DNA of 64,000 nucleotides from a virus: IMG/VR virus record IMGVR_UViG_3300028549_001513; one strand, 5' to 3'. Shown piece by piece: positions 54,236 to 64,000 of this stretch (position 1 is its first letter; each line of letters starts with the position of its first letter). The notes under the pieces were generated by a model. It saw only the letters and a program-made list of their open reading frames with translations, ran no database searches and was not told where the DNA came from. The position numbers and the translations under genes were made by a program.

Positions 54236-56395
54236 TTATCTATTCGTTAGTGATTTAAGCAATCTATCTTTTGTCTTATCATCAAGATACTTAGAGTATT
54301 CGGACCATACACTTGCATTAAGATTGTCATTTTCTTTCATATTTCCCATCAACTGTTTATTCTGAGCATATTGACTTAATTGAGATAATCCAGTCTGTTT
54401 GTTATTTTCAGCTGCTGCCTTATTTCTTGCATTAATATCTTTTACTCGTCTAGTTTCATTTGCTCTAGCGGCTGACATTGCATTAAATCTATCTGCATAC
54501 TGAGATCTAAATGTATTATTTGCAACCTCGCCCTTGTCCATTATATTAGACAATTGCTCTATTCCTCTAGAATATATATCACCAGCCGTAGCCAGATTAG
54601 CACCAGTTCCGGTATTTATATTCGCAGCATTATATCTGGCTATAGTTCTTTGCTTGGACGACTCAGCTACTTGAGGGGCTATATTATATCTTTGATTTGG
54701 ATTAATATATGACTCGTATACTGGGGTATCTATCTCTGGTGTAGTATGAGTTAAATTATACGCTACTGGAGCCAAAGATGCTAAATCAGTTCCAACACTA
54801 GACAGCGCTTTTCCTAAATTAATCCCTGGAGACTTTTTAGGTATAGTATTTTCTGGTATATCACTTTTCAATGCCTCCATTATAGGCTTAACATTATCAA
54901 TACCTTTGCTTGCGCTCAAACTAAAGCCAGGCTGTTGTATTTTACTTATTTTCTCATTCCATCTGTCTTCATCATTATCAACGAAACTTGGAGTTATATT
55001 TCCGTCATTTGGCATTAAACTTGAGTTTATTGCATTAGGAACAAAAGACTTGGTTGCAATAGGCTGCACAGTAGTCCTCTCGCTTGTTTTAAGTCCATTA
55101 GAGGCATTATCTACCTGTGACACAGCTGTTTGTATTGATTGCGAAGAGATGCCGTTAGATGGGCTTAAATTACTGTTATTTACGACATCTGGAAGTATGC
55201 CATTATTTTCTGAAAATCCTGGTTGCTTTAGCGTTCCATCTACATTGAATATACTTGGAGCTTTTGCCTGTATGGTGGCCTTATTCCCAGTATTAATACC
55301 AGAGATTTGAACTGGACCAGAGTTTTGCAAAGCCTGCCTATTTTCATTAGAGAAGTCAGATAAATTTTTAGTAAAACCTAATGAATTTTTTGTCCACTTT
55401 TTTCCATTTGTTGATGGGTCAGAAGATCTTATAACTCCATCCGGCCCAACCATTGTTTCTATTACATCAAATTCAGCTTGCTGCTCTGGAGATAATTGAT
55501 TATATTGATATGGATTTGATATGTATGAGTTCTTATCTTTTTTGCTTCTTATTACTGTCTCAACAAATCCCTCTATGCCATTTTTGAATCCAGGAAGTTT
55601 TGTTTTTGACTGACTTGCCGCCATATCGTTATCCATCTGAGTTTTCATATTGAGTAAATCAGACTGCTTCTTTATGTTCATTTCATTTATCTTCACAGTG
55701 TTTTCATCTATTCTGGATGGTTTTTTTCCATGCTTAGGATTAAGTATTTTGTTATTCATTTTTTGTTGAATCGCTAATTTAGTTGCTATGTCTGCAGATG
55801 TTTCATTTCCACCTGGAATTGGTTTTTGAGGATACACTGAACTTCCTTCTGACATATTTGCTGGGATAACATCTCCAGCTCCATTAGGACCAGGAACTTG
55901 TTGCATTTGGCCTGTAACTCCATCTCTAACGACTTCTCCTGGAGACAACATTGAATTTGGATAGCTAGGCCTAATGTCATTGGACTTAAATGCCCCGGTT
56001 CCTTTCTTAAATCCAGGAACTCTATTATTTTCTGGATTATTTATTGCATATTGAGCTTGAGCTTGAGCATTAGCATCGGCATTCTGCGCAAGTGATTTAT
56101 TAATGCCCAGTTTCTTTTTTGCCATTAACGCATCTTTCTTAGCCTTCTCTGCCCCAACAACCCCTATTGCGGCTCCAACAGCAGCACCGGCCGCAGCCCC
56201 CCATGGTCCAAATGCAGCTCCAGTGGCAGCCATAGATCCTGCGCTTGACAATACAGCTCCGGCATAAGAAGCATCTGATGAAGCGTCTTCTCCTGTGGCT
56301 CCAATCACTTGTCCTAATCCTCCAACTGCATTTCCTATTTCAGCATAAGGAACTCCTGCTGCGTATTTTGGTAGTTTTTTTATTTTCTTTGCCAT
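54236..56395 (-). CDS. 719-aa protein with N-terminal Gly/Ala-rich hydrophobic (glycine-zipper-like) region; candidate internal or ejection protein
   Basis: GAAFGPWGAAAGAAVGAAIGVVGA. Recurrent PGF(K/S)xG motifs. Adjacent to the giant proteins. Confidence 0.85.
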   Translation of the reverse strand: MAKKIKKLPKYAAGVPYAEIGNAVGGLGQVIGATGEDASSDASYAGAVLSSAGSMAATGAAFGPWGAAAGAAVGAAIGVVGAEKAKKDALMAKKKLGINKSLAQNADANAQAQAQYAINNPENNRVPGFKKGTGAFKSNDIRPSYPNSMLSPGEVVRDGVTGQMQQVPGPNGAGDVIPANMSEGSSVYPQKPIPGGNETSADIATKLAIQQKMNNKILNPKHGKKPSRIDENTVKINEMNIKKQSDLLNMKTQMDNDMAASQSKTKLPGFKNGIEGFVETVIRSKKDKNSYISNPYQYNQLSPEQQAEFDVIETMVGPDGVIRSSDPSTNGKKWTKNSLGFTKNLSDFSNENRQALQNSGPVQISGINTGNKATIQAKAPSIFNVDGTLKQPGFSENNGILPDVVNNSNLSPSNGISSQSIQTAVSQVDNASNGLKTSERTTVQPIATKSFVPNAINSSLMPNDGNITPSFVDNDEDRWNEKISKIQQPGFSLSASKGIDNVKPIMEALKSDIPENTIPKKSPGINLGKALSSVGTDLASLAPVAYNLTHTTPEIDTPVYESYINPNQRYNIAPQVAESSKQRTIARYNAANINTGTGANLATAGDIYSRGIEQLSNIMDKGEVANNTFRSQYADRFNAMSAARANETRRVKDINARNKAAAENNKQTGLSQLSQYAQNKQLMGNMKENDNLNASVWSEYSKYLDDKTKDRLLKSLTNR

Positions 56396-56397
56396 AG

Positions 56398-56904
56398 TTA
56401 TATGTTTGAATATCTATAAGTAGTTTCTATAAATGGCACTGAAAACATATTGCCATCTGAACTTTGAAATTTATATACAGATATAAGGAATTTCCCCTTT
56501 AGTCTATCTGCGAATTGATCTGTGCCAACTCTTCTTGGTATGGCAAATTTATATGTATCCTCCCTTTTGTCTATATCGTTTTTTGATATAGCATTGCCAG
56601 TCTGAGTTGATGTGTAAAATTCTATATTATCAAAATTATCTGACCCTGAGAATTCAGCAAAGTACTTTACATTGTCAAATACCTTGGTTGACACATAATC
56701 TTTATTTGTGACTGTCTTAATCAAAGATCTATCTGGAGTTTCAGATTTCAAAGCATTGTACTTGCTTCCATTATTTGCTCTAAATAGAGTATTTGATTCA
56801 TCAAAGTAATAGTACCCTCCCTTGAAGTTCAGGTACCACTTTGGATTAGATGATAAAAAAGACATAAACGCCTTATTTATCTCTGAATAGTTTAATGTAT
56901 TCAT
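56398..56904 (-). CDS. hypothetical protein (168 aa)
   Basis: ORF track. 1-2 nt spacings to both neighbours. Confidence 0.8.
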   Translation of the reverse strand: MNTLNYSEINKAFMSFLSSNPKWYLNFKGGYYYFDESNTLFRANNGSKYNALKSETPDRSLIKTVTNKDYVSTKVFDNVKYFAEFSGSDNFDNIEFYTSTQTGNAISKNDIDKREDTYKFAIPRRVGTDQFADRLKGKFLISVYKFQSSDGNMFSVPFIETTYRYSNI

Positions 56905-56905
56905 A

Positions 56906-59900
56906 TTAGTTTATGTCTATTGCATTTGAAAGTCCATATATAGACAATATAACTTCATTGTACTTCTTGTCAAACACTATTGGAATATTATTTTGTATAG
57001 AATCTTTACTTTTATTTAGGACTGACTGTATTCCTTTTATTTTAGACACTGAAGCAACATCCCCATTGTATCCACAAAACTCATTATTAGTACCGTCATA
57101 CCAATATAACGCAGTATCTGAATTAGATATCCCATTTATTGTTTTGTATTTAAATCCATTGGACGTAGTTATATAATCAAACCTAGATAGTATTCCGCTG
57201 GTACCTAATGACAGCGCGCCTATATTATTATCTGTTATTAATGATCTTTCGTTTACTGAAAGTACTCCAAATGAATTTTTCTGCCAAAAGAATAGTTTAT
57301 TGTTAAAATTATATAATCCAGTCAACTGACCATGCTCAGTGTCAACATCTATATAGTTAGCTGGCCTAAACATAGCCCAACTATCAAATATTTCATCATT
57401 TGTTTTTGCGTCAGAATTGTATATTCGACAGTCAAAAGATTTATTCGACTCGGACGATAACAATAACGGCATAAATCCTATTGCAGTAATCTCGGCTGAA
57501 TAAGCAGCATTATATTCATACTGAGGAGTCTCTTGACTTATAGAAAAGTCAATTCCCTGACTTATAGCAGCTCCATGAACTCCAACCTCATCCCATATTT
57601 GATTATTATAGTTACTAGCAACAAACGATTTTGAATTAGCGAGATGTAGATTTATTGACGACTCTGTTGGTATTAAAGCTCCTATATATCCTTTTTGATT
57701 TAATATGACAGACTCCCTAGACTTCTTATTGCTAGTGGCTGGGCTGTGCGGATCTTCGTATCTAAGTATAGAGTGATCATAAATACCTATAAATGTATCT
57801 CCTCCGAATGATACAAATTCCTTCACTGTATCTGAATTAGATATTGGAAGCGACATACCAGTAGATATGTACTCTGTAAATTGTTTATCTACTATAGCGG
57901 CTCCTCCGTATATAGCGGAATTCATTTTCTTTATATTTACAGAAAATGTGGCTAGTCCTCTTTCGGCAAGCCTGGCCGCATATCTAAATTTATCTATATA
58001 TGTATCTTCGCTAAACCTTTTGAATGGAGATGGACTGTCTTCGATTGTAGCTCTACCATGATAGTAAATTCTATCTATAGAAGGGATTTCAGGCTCTCCA
58101 TTGAAGTACATAACTATACCGGCCGCATGTGGTCCAGATCTAAATCCTTTTCCATATCCAATTCCATTATCTGAATAACTATTATAAATTGTTTCATTGA
58201 AGTGCGTTGAGTAATTTATAAAAAGATTTCCTCCGACTATAGTTGGATCAGGAGAAACGTTTCTTATTGGCTCATTGTATTTTATTTCAGGAGCAAATTC
58301 AGAATCTGTAGCCTTAAAAAATAATTTATCAAATATTGATGATGAAACATCTAGAGAAAATATGGAGCTAATTCTTATGTCCGAAGTATTTTCTCCAGTT
58401 TGCATTACTAGTTCAAGTCCGCCAAGATCAACTCCTTGTGATTTTTTTCTAGAAAACCTATTGTAGTACTTAAATACTCCAGCATTTAATCTATTTTTAT
58501 TCGCAACATCAGAGAATGATGCAGGATCGGAATCAACTCTATTTAGCCCGCCTGAAAATCCAGATGAGTAACTTGAGTTTCCTTCTCCGTCATCTATAAA
58601 TATACCTCCAAGAGATATCAGAGTATTTGATCTTTCTCTTGAAAATGAACCTTTAATGTCAGCAGAAGCGCTAGTACTTGTTGGATTAAATCCGTATGAT
58701 ATAGTTTGTTCGACAGACCCATTATATCCTTCATGCATTTTTCCTGTATATCCAATACTATCAAGTATATCACTTCCAGTATCAGAAAGCCATACTTTTT
58801 TTGAATTTACATTTATGTCTGCACATGCCATAACTCCATCTGCGTAATAATCAGCAATTGGCTTTCTTATTGATCTCTCCATTAGCGTATTGCCACTATA
58901 TGTACCAAGTTGAACTAAATTATCATATATAAATGCTACATTTGGGGTTGTTAATGGAAATATACAGTCTACAATATCAATACCTATAGACCCGATAGAG
59001 TCAGATAATTGAGAGTAAAAGTCTATTCCATAATATGATGTTTCAGGAGATGAAAACATTAGATAATTCCTATTGAAATAGTCTGGTGACATATCATTCT
59101 CGACTTGATTTGTTATAGCCCCAAGCCTTCCAAGAGAATCAGTGATCACCATATTATAAAATAGTGGAGCAACTCCATAACTATATCCCATTGACATTAC
59201 TGGGTGCGGTCTAAGCGTAAAACCAGGACCAAGATCACTAAGCGCCGTCTTATCTGGGAATGATGATCCGCTATATTCGGTACTATACGTTCCTACTTTC
59301 TGTATTGTCCCACTAGAGTATATTGTTTTGTTGTTAATATCTCTCTTTGCTCTTACTATTTCTATCCTAGATACTCCGCTAAGATTATTTAAATTCTTAA
59401 ACGTAAACTTTACCCCTATAGGCTTTACTAAAAGCTCTTGCTCTTTATATAGGGAATCATATTCTAGTACAAAATCCTGGTTTGACGATGAACTATATTT
59501 ATCAAATTCCTCATATGGCATTTCAAATATACTAGAATCCCATCCAGTAGACTCAACATATCCCGCTGGGAATCTAATGTCTGCTATCCAATGAGCTGGA
59601 GACCTTCTTCCTTTTGTATCATAAAAAACTGCAGCAAATCTATATATCTCATCCCTCTGATATGACTTAAAGTTATTTGAAAGTAACGGGTTTGAATAAT
59701 TTATAGATCCATCTTGAGTGCCTATATTGAAATAAGATAATGGAATTACCTCGTTTGATCCATCTGAATTTGAAAATATCAACTTCGATATATCACTTCT
59801 TTTGACATCGCCAATCCTAGCAGTTCTTCTATCTATAAAGAAATCTATATTATTATCTATTTTAGAAATACCTGGTTCGTCTCCCCAGAAATGACCATAT

Positions 59901-62900
59901 GACTCTATAAAATATGTATTAGTATACACATAGTCCACATTTATACCAGATCCGCCCAAAACACCATCTTTATTATATCTGTGTTCGATATCCGCATACC
60001 TTTCCTTTTCATATATTTCTTTATGTATCGCATCGTGATCTGATGGAACATCTGTAATTCCAGAATAGCTAAATACGAATGGAGTTGAATTATCTGCCTT
60101 ATGTATTGTAGCAACATAAGCCCCGCTAGAAGATGAATATGATGAATATCCATTTGGCTTATTAAACACCCTAGTTTGAGCAGAGATATTGCCAGCTAAA
60201 ATTATTGTATCAAATTGATCGTATATCACATCTTCAATATATAATATAGTTGAAATGATGGTATCTGTAGATCTAATAGCATCTAGCGTATATTCAATAT
60301 AAGAAAGATCTGACTCGTGTGTTGATGAAATTAAATTAGAACTAGTTATGCTATCTCCATATATAGATATGTGATCAGACTCAGAAGTTCCAGCTCTTAG
60401 TTTTATCTCGTAAGGCGATGATACTCCAAATCTATCTTCAAATGTATAGAAGTATGAAATATCTTTCGTTCCAATTGAAGACTGAGTGGTTAAAAATATC
60501 TCGTTAGTGTCTAATCTAGATTCTGATATTATAGTTGGATCTACTCCAAATATATTGAAATTTTGCTGGTCACTATACTCGTAATTAGAAATAGTTTCAT
60601 TTGCATTAATTGTGAATGTATAATCAAGACTAGCAACATTATTTCTAACTGATATCGTAGATTCAAATGGCACTGGTCTGTCTATTGAGACATATCCATA
60701 TTTAACTGTAAATCCATCTCCATTGTTTGACAATCCTATATCAGAATACGTAAAATTTGGAAACGATAGATACTCCTTTGTAACTAACGTTTGTCCTGCT
60801 GGTATAGGTATTTGAAGTTCAAGTGCAGTTATTGGTGTTGAATTTGGATACCCAAATCTAGTATTCATCGAATTTATTTCGCCTATCGATTCGTTTTGAG
60901 CCCCACCGCCTTCTTTGTATATCCACCCTTCTCCAGTTAATCTATTGTATAGCGGTGGACTATAATCGGCGTATGGAAATATTATATAATGCTGATCACT
61001 GCTTATAGGAGCGCTTATTTGAGCAGTGGCAGTAACTATATTGTATCCACTTATAGGAAGTAGTTGTGCTACTGCAGGCACCCATGGGACGTGATTAACG
61101 CTAGCGCTAAGAGATCCTGCTGGTATTGATATTGGAACGTACCTAACATCTGGGAATGTATCTGTGGGAGGAATACTTTCGTACTTAGACTTATCTATGA
61201 GTCTTATCTCGAATTGCATATCCTGATTTGCTGCATGCTGTATTGTAACAGTATATTTGCTAGACGATGAAGAGCCTATTTTAAGTACACTGAAAGAATC
61301 TGGGTTTCCCCAATATATAAATTCCACGTTTGTGGATGCTCCAGACAATACGACTACTTCTTCGATCTCCTGTATTGCGTCTATCTCGTCTATAGTAAAC
61401 CTATAATTTGTATTAATATTTGATACTGCAGGGGGAGTTACTACTAGCTTTCTTTTCTTTACTATATTTATATTATATCCATCTGGTGGCGGGGCCATAT
61501 CAATAGCAGTTATTTGAACGCGCCACGAAGAAACTCCACTAGGAAGCATAGCTGTTGCCTGTTTTATAGCAGTGGTACCATCCTCTTTATAATATTTGTA
61601 TGCAAAATTTATACTTCTATTATATGCAGTTATACCACCATCTAGAGAACTAACAATAAAATATGTATCACCAGAGGCTCTGTCCTCTTCTATTTTTATG
61701 GTCGGATCAGATCCATTGTCTTCGATTACAGTTTCTATACTAGAATATGAAGTTGCATCTTCGTCTCCAGATTCTTCTACTGTTAATATTGGATTATTTT
61801 CTTTTACATCAATAGATAAGCTTTCCGTTATTCTATTAAATCCAGTATGAGTAGTTATATTGTTTTTAATCTCAATTATTTCTATCGACGTATCATTTTC
61901 TATTGCTCCTTCTTCGGATGTTACGGAAGATGAATCTGCTTGTTTAAATTGATATGACCTAGTATCATAGTATCCAGGTTCCCCTGGAGATGGTATATCC
62001 CACGTAGATTCTTTTATATTCCCAGCAAATAATATATTATCTTTTGATTCTATGTAATTAGGTATAAATAAATTTCCACCTATTAGATTGAATTCAGATA
62101 CAGACATCTCTTTCAGTACGGTAGTCCCTCCGTCGTCTATATATACAGTATTATCTTCAATTGATGATATAGACATATCCTTGACTACAGATATTACAGG
62201 TATTTCATTATAGTTATAATAATAAACAGAGATTAATTTTATTTTAGTATACTTATTACTTGGATCAAGATTTATTTTCAATTTTACAGACTTTCCAGAT
62301 GGCTTTCCATATATATCTCCAAGTCCGGTTCCAGTATAATCTATGTCCTTTTCAGATACAGATGAATCAGTAAGGTGAACAATTGGACTTGATGGACTTA
62401 GTGCAGTAGAAGCTCCAGTCTCACTAGTCAATTGATAATAGTATTGTATTACTCCGGAGTCAAGTCTTCCTGTGCCTATTGACTGTATTGATGGAGCCTC
62501 AAGTGATGCAGTTGGAACTATATCAAATGCTCCAGCGTAGTCAACTAAAGAATCTTCTATGGCTATGTTTATTACTCGTATATAATTTTCTCCATCAGCA
62601 AAATATACTTTTATGTTATCAGAGTCCTCGTATCTTCCGACTGTTTTTATAACAGCGTCATCAGAAATTCCAAGATCTATACCTAATGGTCCTGATTCTG
62701 GATTCTGATTTAAAACATTTATTGCGATTGGATTATTCGGATCATCAAATGTTACTTTATATATTTTATTTCTTCCATTAGAAGTAACTCTAGTAAAGAC
62801 AACACCAAAGTCCCTAACAGTACAAGTGCCTATTATAATTTCGTCAGAAGGAATGATGGAAGAGATCAATAGGGCTCCTTCTATATTCGTAGCTGTACCA

Positions 62901-63097
62901 TTAGAAGATGTATCATCTCCAATAGTTCTTATGTTTTCAGCATATCTATACTGATTATCAGCCAGTACGCTGTTGTCTAGGTCTAAATTCATTCCTCCTG
63001 CGAATGAATTCATAGATCTATTTCCGTTTCTAGTTCCCATATTATTTAGTATATTCTGTATTCGATCCAATTGAATCCATTTCGTAGTGAACGTCAA
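56906..63097 (-). CDS. 2063-aa large virion structural protein (tail or baseplate-type, by size and composition only)
   Basis: Uninterrupted 6.2-kb ORF, Ser/Thr/Asn/Gly/Ile-rich. The real start may be ATG 63040 (MGTRNG..), 1 nt after the upstream stop, rather than 63097. Confidence 0.9.
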   Translation of the reverse strand: MTFTTKWIQLDRIQNILNNMGTRNGNRSMNSFAGGMNLDLDNSVLADNQYRYAENIRTIGDDTSSNGTATNIEGALLISSIIPSDEIIIGTCTVRDFGVVFTRVTSNGRNKIYKVTFDDPNNPIAINVLNQNPESGPLGIDLGISDDAVIKTVGRYEDSDNIKVYFADGENYIRVINIAIEDSLVDYAGAFDIVPTASLEAPSIQSIGTGRLDSGVIQYYYQLTSETGASTALSPSSPIVHLTDSSVSEKDIDYTGTGLGDIYGKPSGKSVKLKINLDPSNKYTKIKLISVYYYNYNEIPVISVVKDMSISSIEDNTVYIDDGGTTVLKEMSVSEFNLIGGNLFIPNYIESKDNILFAGNIKESTWDIPSPGEPGYYDTRSYQFKQADSSSVTSEEGAIENDTSIEIIEIKNNITTHTGFNRITESLSIDVKENNPILTVEESGDEDATSYSSIETVIEDNGSDPTIKIEEDRASGDTYFIVSSLDGGITAYNRSINFAYKYYKEDGTTAIKQATAMLPSGVSSWRVQITAIDMAPPPDGYNINIVKKRKLVVTPPAVSNINTNYRFTIDEIDAIQEIEEVVVLSGASTNVEFIYWGNPDSFSVLKIGSSSSSKYTVTIQHAANQDMQFEIRLIDKSKYESIPPTDTFPDVRYVPISIPAGSLSASVNHVPWVPAVAQLLPISGYNIVTATAQISAPISSDQHYIIFPYADYSPPLYNRLTGEGWIYKEGGGAQNESIGEINSMNTRFGYPNSTPITALELQIPIPAGQTLVTKEYLSFPNFTYSDIGLSNNGDGFTVKYGYVSIDRPVPFESTISVRNNVASLDYTFTINANETISNYEYSDQQNFNIFGVDPTIISESRLDTNEIFLTTQSSIGTKDISYFYTFEDRFGVSSPYEIKLRAGTSESDHISIYGDSITSSNLISSTHESDLSYIEYTLDAIRSTDTIISTILYIEDVIYDQFDTIILAGNISAQTRVFNKPNGYSSYSSSSGAYVATIHKADNSTPFVFSYSGITDVPSDHDAIHKEIYEKERYADIEHRYNKDGVLGGSGINVDYVYTNTYFIESYGHFWGDEPGISKIDNNIDFFIDRRTARIGDVKRSDISKLIFSNSDGSNEVIPLSYFNIGTQDGSINYSNPLLSNNFKSYQRDEIYRFAAVFYDTKGRRSPAHWIADIRFPAGYVESTGWDSSIFEMPYEEFDKYSSSSNQDFVLEYDSLYKEQELLVKPIGVKFTFKNLNNLSGVSRIEIVRAKRDINNKTIYSSGTIQKVGTYSTEYSGSSFPDKTALSDLGPGFTLRPHPVMSMGYSYGVAPLFYNMVITDSLGRLGAITNQVENDMSPDYFNRNYLMFSSPETSYYGIDFYSQLSDSIGSIGIDIVDCIFPLTTPNVAFIYDNLVQLGTYSGNTLMERSIRKPIADYYADGVMACADINVNSKKVWLSDTGSDILDSIGYTGKMHEGYNGSVEQTISYGFNPTSTSASADIKGSFSRERSNTLISLGGIFIDDGEGNSSYSSGFSGGLNRVDSDPASFSDVANKNRLNAGVFKYYNRFSRKKSQGVDLGGLELVMQTGENTSDIRISSIFSLDVSSSIFDKLFFKATDSEFAPEIKYNEPIRNVSPDPTIVGGNLFINYSTHFNETIYNSYSDNGIGYGKGFRSGPHAAGIVMYFNGEPEIPSIDRIYYHGRATIEDSPSPFKRFSEDTYIDKFRYAARLAERGLATFSVNIKKMNSAIYGGAAIVDKQFTEYISTGMSLPISNSDTVKEFVSFGGDTFIGIYDHSILRYEDPHSPATSNKKSRESVILNQKGYIGALIPTESSINLHLANSKSFVASNYNNQIWDEVGVHGAAISQGIDFSISQETPQYEYNAAYSAEITAIGFMPLLLSSESNKSFDCRIYNSDAKTNDEIFDSWAMFRPANYIDVDTEHGQLTGLYNFNNKLFFWQKNSFGVLSVNERSLITDNNIGALSLGTSGILSRFDYITTSNGFKYKTINGISNSDTALYWYDGTNNEFCGYNGDVASVSKIKGIQSVLNKSKDSIQNNIPIVFDKKYNEVILSIYGLSNAIDIN

Positions 63098-64000
63098 AAG
63101 ATTTTACCCTAACTACTTCGTCGATTGGATCTACTGACGTAAATAATCCGCTCGAGTTTTGACTGTCTCTTATTATTCTGAATTCAATTATATCACTTAG
63201 TGCTGCGCCTGTTGGTGGTATTATTCCAGGCCCATATGCAATTTGATTTATTGATCCAGATACATATGTAAATGATGAAGAATTGCATTTGTAATTAGTC
63301 CATGAAGTGACTTCTGCCTGTCCATTTATTTGCCATCTATATCGAATTAAAAAATTAGGCATACTAGATATTGTCTGTCTAAAATGTAGGTGTGGATATA
63401 TAGAAGATCCAATTTTCCATGAATGAGGCAGCTGTAAAGACTGAACCATGTAATCAGACAAGTTAGCGCTTATAGCATATTCAACACATGCCTCTGGTAT
63501 GTTCTGTGATATTCCTGGTCCGGACTGTTCAAGAGACAGGGAGCTTGATTTTAAATCATCAAAAACTGTAGCGGATCCATTTAAAGTTATTCCCGAGCTA
63601 GAAATAGACACATTATCGGTCGAACCGCCAATCGTAGTTACTCCAGACGAAGATATCTTTAATAACTCACTTGTATTTGCAACATCATCTTTTAGTCTAT
63701 TTTGAAATACAAGTTCAGAAGAAGATGTAGCTCCTTGAATTGGCTTTAATATTGCATCTATGCTATTCTGTTTTGCAGATGAAGACGTCGTATTCCATCC
63801 ACTTCCTGTCCAGGTAACAGCCGGGGACCATTTTTGATTATTTAAAGTAGCAGACGTTACAGATTTAGAATGAATACCAAGAACTGGAGAAGCAGATGTT
63901 CCAGCGTTTAGCGTTATAGACGCACCTGCAAAAACATTTGTACTTGCTGTCATATTGGAGCACGACATATTACCTGAAGCCGAAACCGCTACGGCGGATA
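63042..64000 (-). CDS. partial CDS, fibre or spike-like Ser/Thr/Gly-rich protein (N-terminus beyond window)
   Basis: The frame stays open from 63968 to the window edge (..SAVAVSASGN-MSCSN..), so the listed ATG is probably internal. Confidence 0.75.
   Translation of the reverse strand, partial: SAVAVSASGNMSCSNMTASTNVFAGASITLNAGTSASPVLGIHSKSVTSATLNNQKWSPAVTWTGSGWNTTSSSAKQNSIDAILKPIQGATSSSELVFQNRLKDDVANTSELLKISSSGVTTIGGSTDNVSISSSGITLNGSATVFDDLKSSSLSLEQSGPGISQNIPEACVEYAISANLSDYMVQSLQLPHSWKIGSSIYPHLHFRQTISSMPNFLIRYRWQINGQAEVTSWTNYKCNSSSFTYVSGSINQIAYGPGIIPPTGAALSDIIEFRIIRDSQNSSGLFTSVDPIDEVVRVKSFDVHYEMDSIGSNTEYTK

Noticed and set aside
33051-63705. Dozens of plus-strand ORFs of 60-153 aa inside the minus-strand giant genes, e.g. 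45678..46139, 47658..48002, 50004..50366 and 54906..55310.
   Set aside because: All lie antisense within long uninterrupted minus-strand ORFs. Their low-complexity Ser/Leu/Phe/Ile-rich translations are typical of shadow ORFs in AT-rich DNA.
1-64000. CRISPR arrays, long tandem repeats, integrase or transposase genes, attachment sites, DGR or retron components.
   Set aside because: None were seen. There are no regularly spaced direct repeats, no reverse transcriptase or recombinase motifs in any listed ORF, and the only mobile-type genes are the two HNH endonucleases.

Overview
The window reads as part of an AT-rich tailed-phage genome. Hand-sampled coding lines are about 28-37% GC. There is no rRNA, CRISPR array, integrase or transposase that I can see.

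Layout:
- 1-32377 is a plus-strand early and replication arm. It encodes a DnaB-like helicase, a Walker ATPase, an SSB ending in DIPF, a DnaG/Toprim-like primase, MazG, a PD-(D/E)XK nuclease, a metallophosphoesterase, a sigma-70/ECF-type sigma factor, a GNAT, two HNH endonucleases and many small unknown ORFs.
- A bidirectional terminator at 32385-32422 separates this arm from a minus-strand arm at 32462-64000. That arm is a tightly packed operon of very large virion-type proteins (1852, 4797, 597, 719, 168 and 2063 aa, plus a partial ORF).
- Start codons mostly lack Shine-Dalgarno sequences and sit in an A-rich ..ATCAAAATG context. By inference this fits a Bacteroidota host.

Four things stand out:
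1. The 4797-aa ORF carries an HEAYH zincin motif, a GSDFDIDK motif of the DxDxD type used by two-barrel RNA polymerases (as in crAss-like virion RNAPs), and a complete RecD/Dda-type SF1B helicase motif set.
2. Two HNH genes are embedded in tRNA genes. One insertion splits a well-formed tRNA-Arg(UCU) and carries its own diverged replacement copy. Further orphan tRNA halves and tRNA-like minihelices are scattered through the left arm.
3. Several ORF-free islands are visibly GC-enriched (about 47-48% in sampled lines). The largest are 1420-2718 and 16096-17810. They are rich in hairpins and could be large structured RNAs, or decayed foreign or tRNA-derived DNA.
4. A conserved motif, GCAACTCACAAWTC, occurs three times. 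Four AAGGAGG boxes occur in an otherwise SD-less genome.

I could not recognise a major capsid protein, portal, terminase or DNA polymerase from sequence alone. All function calls rest on motifs read by eye, and none is a database result.
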